64,000 nucleotides of DNA from Eledone cirrhosa (Eukaryota). The position numbers and the translations under genes were made by a program. Shown piece after piece: positions 57,668 to 64,000 of the stretch; within the stretch, counting starts at the first letter, position 1, and each line of letters starts with the position of its first letter. The notes beneath the pieces were generated by a model. That model saw only the letters and a program-made list of their open reading frames with translations, did not search any database and had not been told where the DNA came from. The stretch is from the NCBI GenBank assembly GCA_964016885.1, contig OZ024753.1, forward strand, positions 29,140,001 to 29,204,000, read 5' to 3'.

Positions 57668-59035
57668 GTCATCACGATCCTCCTCTTCCTCGTCATTATC
57701 ATCGTCATCAATATCGACATCCTCATCATCATCGCCTTCATCGTCTTCATCGTCATATTAGTCATCATCATCATCGTCGTCGTCATCATCACCATCATCG
57801 GCATCACCATCATCGGCATCACCATCATCACCATCATCATCATCGTTATCATTGTCACCGTCGTTGTTGTTGTTGTTGTTTGCGTTACCTTGTTGTTGGT
57901 TTGTTGGTCCTATAATCGCCCGAATCTCCCCCTCCTCCTCCCATCCTCACCATCATCATCACGATCATCATCATCACCATCACCATCATCACCATCATCA
58001 CCACCACCATCACCATCATCACCATCATCCTCACCACCATCATCACCATCACCATCACCACCATCACCATCACCATCACCATCACCATCACCATCATCAC
58101 CATCATCACCACCACCATCACCATCATCACCATCATCCTCACCACCATCATCACCATCACCATCACCACCATCACCATCACCATCACCATCACCATCACC
58201 ATCACCATCACCATCATCACCATCACCTTCACCATTACCATCACCATCACCATCACCACCATCATCACCATCACCATCACCATCACCACCATCATCACCA
58301 TCACCATCACCATCACCATCACCATCATCACCATCACCATCACCACCATCACCATCATCAGTATCATCACCATCATCACCATCACCATCACCATCACCAC
58401 CATCATCACCATCACCATCACCATCACCACCATCATCACCATCACCATCACCATCACCATCACCATCATCACCATCACCATCACCACCATCACCATCACC
58501 ATCATCACCACCATCATCACCATCACCATCACCATCACCACCATCATCACCATCACCATCACCATCACCATCACCATCATCACCATCACCTTCACCATTA
58601 TAATCACCATCACCATCACCACCATCATCACCATCACCATCACCATCACCATCACCATCACCACCATCATCACCATCACCATCACCATCATCCTCACCAT
58701 CACCATCACCATCACCATCACCATCACCACCATCATCACCATCACCACCATCACCATCATCAGGATCATCACCATCATCACCATCACCATCATCACCATC
58801 ACCATCACCATCATCACCATCACCATCACCATCACCATCATCACCATCACCATCATCACCATCACCATCACCATCATCATCACCATCATCACCACCACCA
58901 TCACCATCACCATCATCACCACCACCATCAGCATCACCATCACCATCACCATCACCATCATCACCACCACCATCAGCATCACCATCACCATCATCCTCAC
59001 CATCACCATCACCATCACCATCACCATCATCATCG
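57622..59035. repeat. (CAT/CAC)n array
   Basis: Directly visible, about 1.4 kb. Confidence 0.95.
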
Positions 59036-59169
59036 TCAATATCGCAATCAAATTTCCTTCTAACGATTTTCCTTCAACAAAAATATTATATTACCTATAA
59101 ATCAGTCAAATTACCCGTCCTCTTTCTTTTTATTGTTTATATATACATATGTATATATGTGTATATATA

Positions 59170-59252
<83 letters not shown>

Positions 59253-59276
59253 ATGTATATATATATGTATGTATAG

Positions 59277-59340
<64 letters not shown>

Positions 59341-59768
59341 GTATGCATATATATATCTAGGTATATGTATATATATATATGTATGCATATATATATCTAG
59401 GTATATGTATATATATATATGTATGCATATATATATCTAGGTATATGTATATATATATGTATGGTATCTATTTTTGAAGTTCTAGTTAACTTTATTTAGT
59501 TACCTACCTAGCTGTGTGTGCTTACACACTTGTACAAATTATCTCCTGTGATTGTTTCATATGTTTATTTATATGTTAATCAATTTCTAGTTGTTATAAA
59601 ATGCTCGGACCTTTTCATTAGAATCTTGGAGCTTATTTTACGGGTGATATGGCGCATGCCTTTCTGGCATGACACCAATAATTTGATTTCGATTAAATTC
59701 ATTTTGATTTATCTTAATATTGGATATGGATATATATGTATGTATATATATATATGTATATATATATG

Positions 59769-59817
<49 letters not shown>

Positions 59818-60356
59818 GTATATATATATATGTATATATATATGTATATATGTATATATATATATGTATATATATATATGTATATATATATATGTATATA
59901 TATATATGTATATAGGTATGTATATATATATGTATGTATTTATATATATATATGTATATATATATATATGTATATAGGTATGTATATATATATGTATGTA
60001 TATATATGTATATATATGTATGTATATATATATATATATATGCATGTATATATATGTATGCATATATATGTATGTATATATGTATGTATATATCTATATG
60101 TATGTATATATGTATGTATATATATATGTATGTATATATATATGTATATATATATATATATATGTATGTATAAATATATGTATGTATATATATATATATA
60201 TGTATGTATATATATATGTATGTATATATATATGTACTTATATGTATGTATATATATGTATATATATATGTATGTATATATATATGTATATATATGTATA
60301 TATATATTTATGTATATATATATATGTATATATGTAAATATATGTATATATATATG

Positions 60357-60387
<31 letters not shown>

Positions 60388-60624
60388 GTATATATATGTA
60401 TGTATATGTATATATGTATATATATGTATATATATACATATATATACTTATATATATACATATATATAAATACATATATTCATATATATGCATATATATA
60501 TACATATATATGCATATATATATATACATATATATATACATATATACATATATATGCATATATATAACATATATATACATGCATATATACATACATATAT
60601 ATGCATATATATGCATATATATGC

Positions 60625-60664
<40 letters not shown>

Positions 60665-60815
60665 ATATATATAGATATATATATACATATATATGCATAT
60701 ATATATATATACATATATATACATAAAAATGCATATATATATACATATATATACATATATATGCATATATATATATACATATATATACATACATATATAT
60801 ATACATATATATGCA

Positions 60816-60853
<38 letters not shown>

Positions 60854-61012
60854 CATATATACATATATATGCATATATATATATACATATATATACATAC
60901 ATACATACATATATATGCATATATATGCATATATATATGCATATATATACATATATACATACATATATATATATATATACATATATATGCATATATATAT
61001 ATACATATATAT

Positions 61013-61615
61013 GGTGGCTGCCAACTCGTTTTCGAGTACGGCCACTATTTTATATCCATTTAGGAGAACACCTACCGATGCGCTGAACGAGTGTGACTTT
61101 TTAGTCCAGCCAGCGATTTGAAAACTCTGGTACAAACACTACACTTGTGACAATAATTGACACATAGTGCTGGGCCCATGGTACCATGTGACGACAAGTG
61201 CAGAGAGATCTCCAGATATAAAGCAATGCCTGTGAAGCTTTTATAGTGAGCAAAGGCACTGCACAAAGCCAGTCCCACTCTCTTAACCAAGATGATATTT
61301 ACCAAAAAGAAGAACAAGCCAACATCATTGGATACCATCAGGGTTGCAGGTGTTATATCAGAGTTTTCCTTCTCCTAGAATTCTGCCTTGACAAAGGCTA
61401 AGGGGTCATCTCTCCCAGTGATCTTGGATGGCCATTGACTCTTAAGAGCTCCTTTGCCCTTTGACAGGTTTTGATTTTAGTCCTGCAGGATGTCCAAAGT
61501 CACCCTCCTCACCAAGAAACATTGGTGGGGTTGCTAGTTTAGTCGCCAACGACCCTACCATGGGTCAGGTTGTACTGCGATACATGTTACCAGTAGCACC
61601 AACTGGTGACCTGAC
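61013..61615 (-). mobile_element. RTE-derived bipartite element, copy 2
   Basis: Highly similar to 32631-33238. Confidence 0.75.
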
Positions 61616-61861
61616 ATATATATATACATATATATACATACATATATATGAATATATATATATACATATATATACATACATATATATACATATATATACA
61701 TACATATATACATATATATACATACATATATATGCATATATATACATACATATATATGCATATATATATACATATATATATACATACATATATACATATA
61801 TATACATACATATATACATATATATACATACATATATACATATATATACATACATATATAC

Positions 61862-61901
<40 letters not shown>

Positions 61902-61974
61902 ATACATATATATACATACATATATATATATACATATATATACATACATATATATATACATATATATATATACA

Positions 61975-62045
<71 letters not shown>

Positions 62046-62132
62046 ACATACATATATATACATATACATATATGTACATACATATATATATATATACATA
62101 TATATACATATACATATATATTCATACATATA

Positions 62133-63210
<1,078 letters not shown>

Positions 63211-63407
63211 TATACATATACATACATATATATATATATATATATACCTATATATATATATACATATAGATACATACATATATATACATATACATATATA
63301 TACATATATATACATACACATATATATATATATATATATACATACATATATATATATATATACATACATATATATATATACATATATATACATATACATA
63401 TATATAC

Positions 63408-63458
<51 letters not shown>

Positions 63459-63599
63459 CATACATATATATACATATATATATATACATATATATATACA
63501 TACATATATATATATATATACATACATATATATATACATACATATACATACATACATACATATATATATACATACATACATATACATATATATATATAT

Positions 63600-64000
63600 G
63601 GTGGCTGCCAACTCGTTTTCGAGTACGGCCACTACTTTATATCCATGCAGGAGAACCCCTACCGATGCGCTGAACGAGTGTGACTTTTTAGTCCAGCCAG
63701 CGACTTGAAAACTCTGGCACAAAGACTACACTTGTGACCATTATTGACACATAGTGCTGGGCGCATGGTACCATGTGACGACAAGTGCAGAGAGATCTCC
63801 AGATATAAAGCAATGCCTGTGAAGCTTTTATAGTGAGCAAAGGCACTGCCCAAAGCCAGTCCCACTCTCTTAACCAAGATGATATTTACCAAAAAGAAGA
63901 ACAAGTCAACATCATTGGATACCATCAGGGTTGCAGGTGTTATATCAGAGTTTTCCTTCTCCTAGAATTCTGCCTTGACAAAGGCTAAGGGGTCATCTCT
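63600..64000 (-). mobile_element. RTE-derived bipartite element, copy 3 (runs off the window)
   Basis: Highly similar to 61013-61410. Confidence 0.75.

Noticed and set aside
57617-59063. Poly-His or Ser-Pro ORFs
   Set aside because: (CAT/CAC)n array attached to a SINE tail
61072-61338. Host C2H2 zinc-finger gene
   Set aside because: Single motif inside a repeated RTE-derived element

Overview
AT-rich eukaryotic DNA saturated with microsatellites ((TA)n, (TACA)n, (TAA)n, (CAT/CAC)n, (TAG/TGG)n). The repeat content suggests a cephalopod (octopus-like) genome; this is an inference. No confident host gene was found, and most ORF-track entries are microsatellite artefacts. Real coding content is retroelement-derived: a 5'-truncated Penelope-like element (PLE, Neptune-type RT plus GIY-YIG, 22.9-26.4 kb), an apparently full-length Tx1/L1-clade LINE (48.3-54.2 kb, minus), and fragments of Dong/R4, CR1, RTE, CRE and Tx1. 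There are also many tRNA-SINEs and several hAT/pogo MITEs. The most striking hidden layer is about 20 type-I hammerhead ribozyme (HHR) motifs, folded by eye, from about 10 distinct families. Most have the palindromic stem III typical of PLE dimer-acting HHRs, and several have variant cores (U3-A8, A4, U-U or C-A at 10.1/11.1, a stem II region of about 116 nt). They sit in non-coding units embedded in (TA)n. Two loci (5.8-6.8 kb and 26.4-27.4 kb) are retrozyme-like tandem units of about 425-463 nt followed by a fold-back, and most fold-back junctions in the window fall in or next to an HHR. A CpG-rich 27-bp array of about 53 units carrying the palindrome GCGCATGCGC lies at 30.45-31.89 kb.
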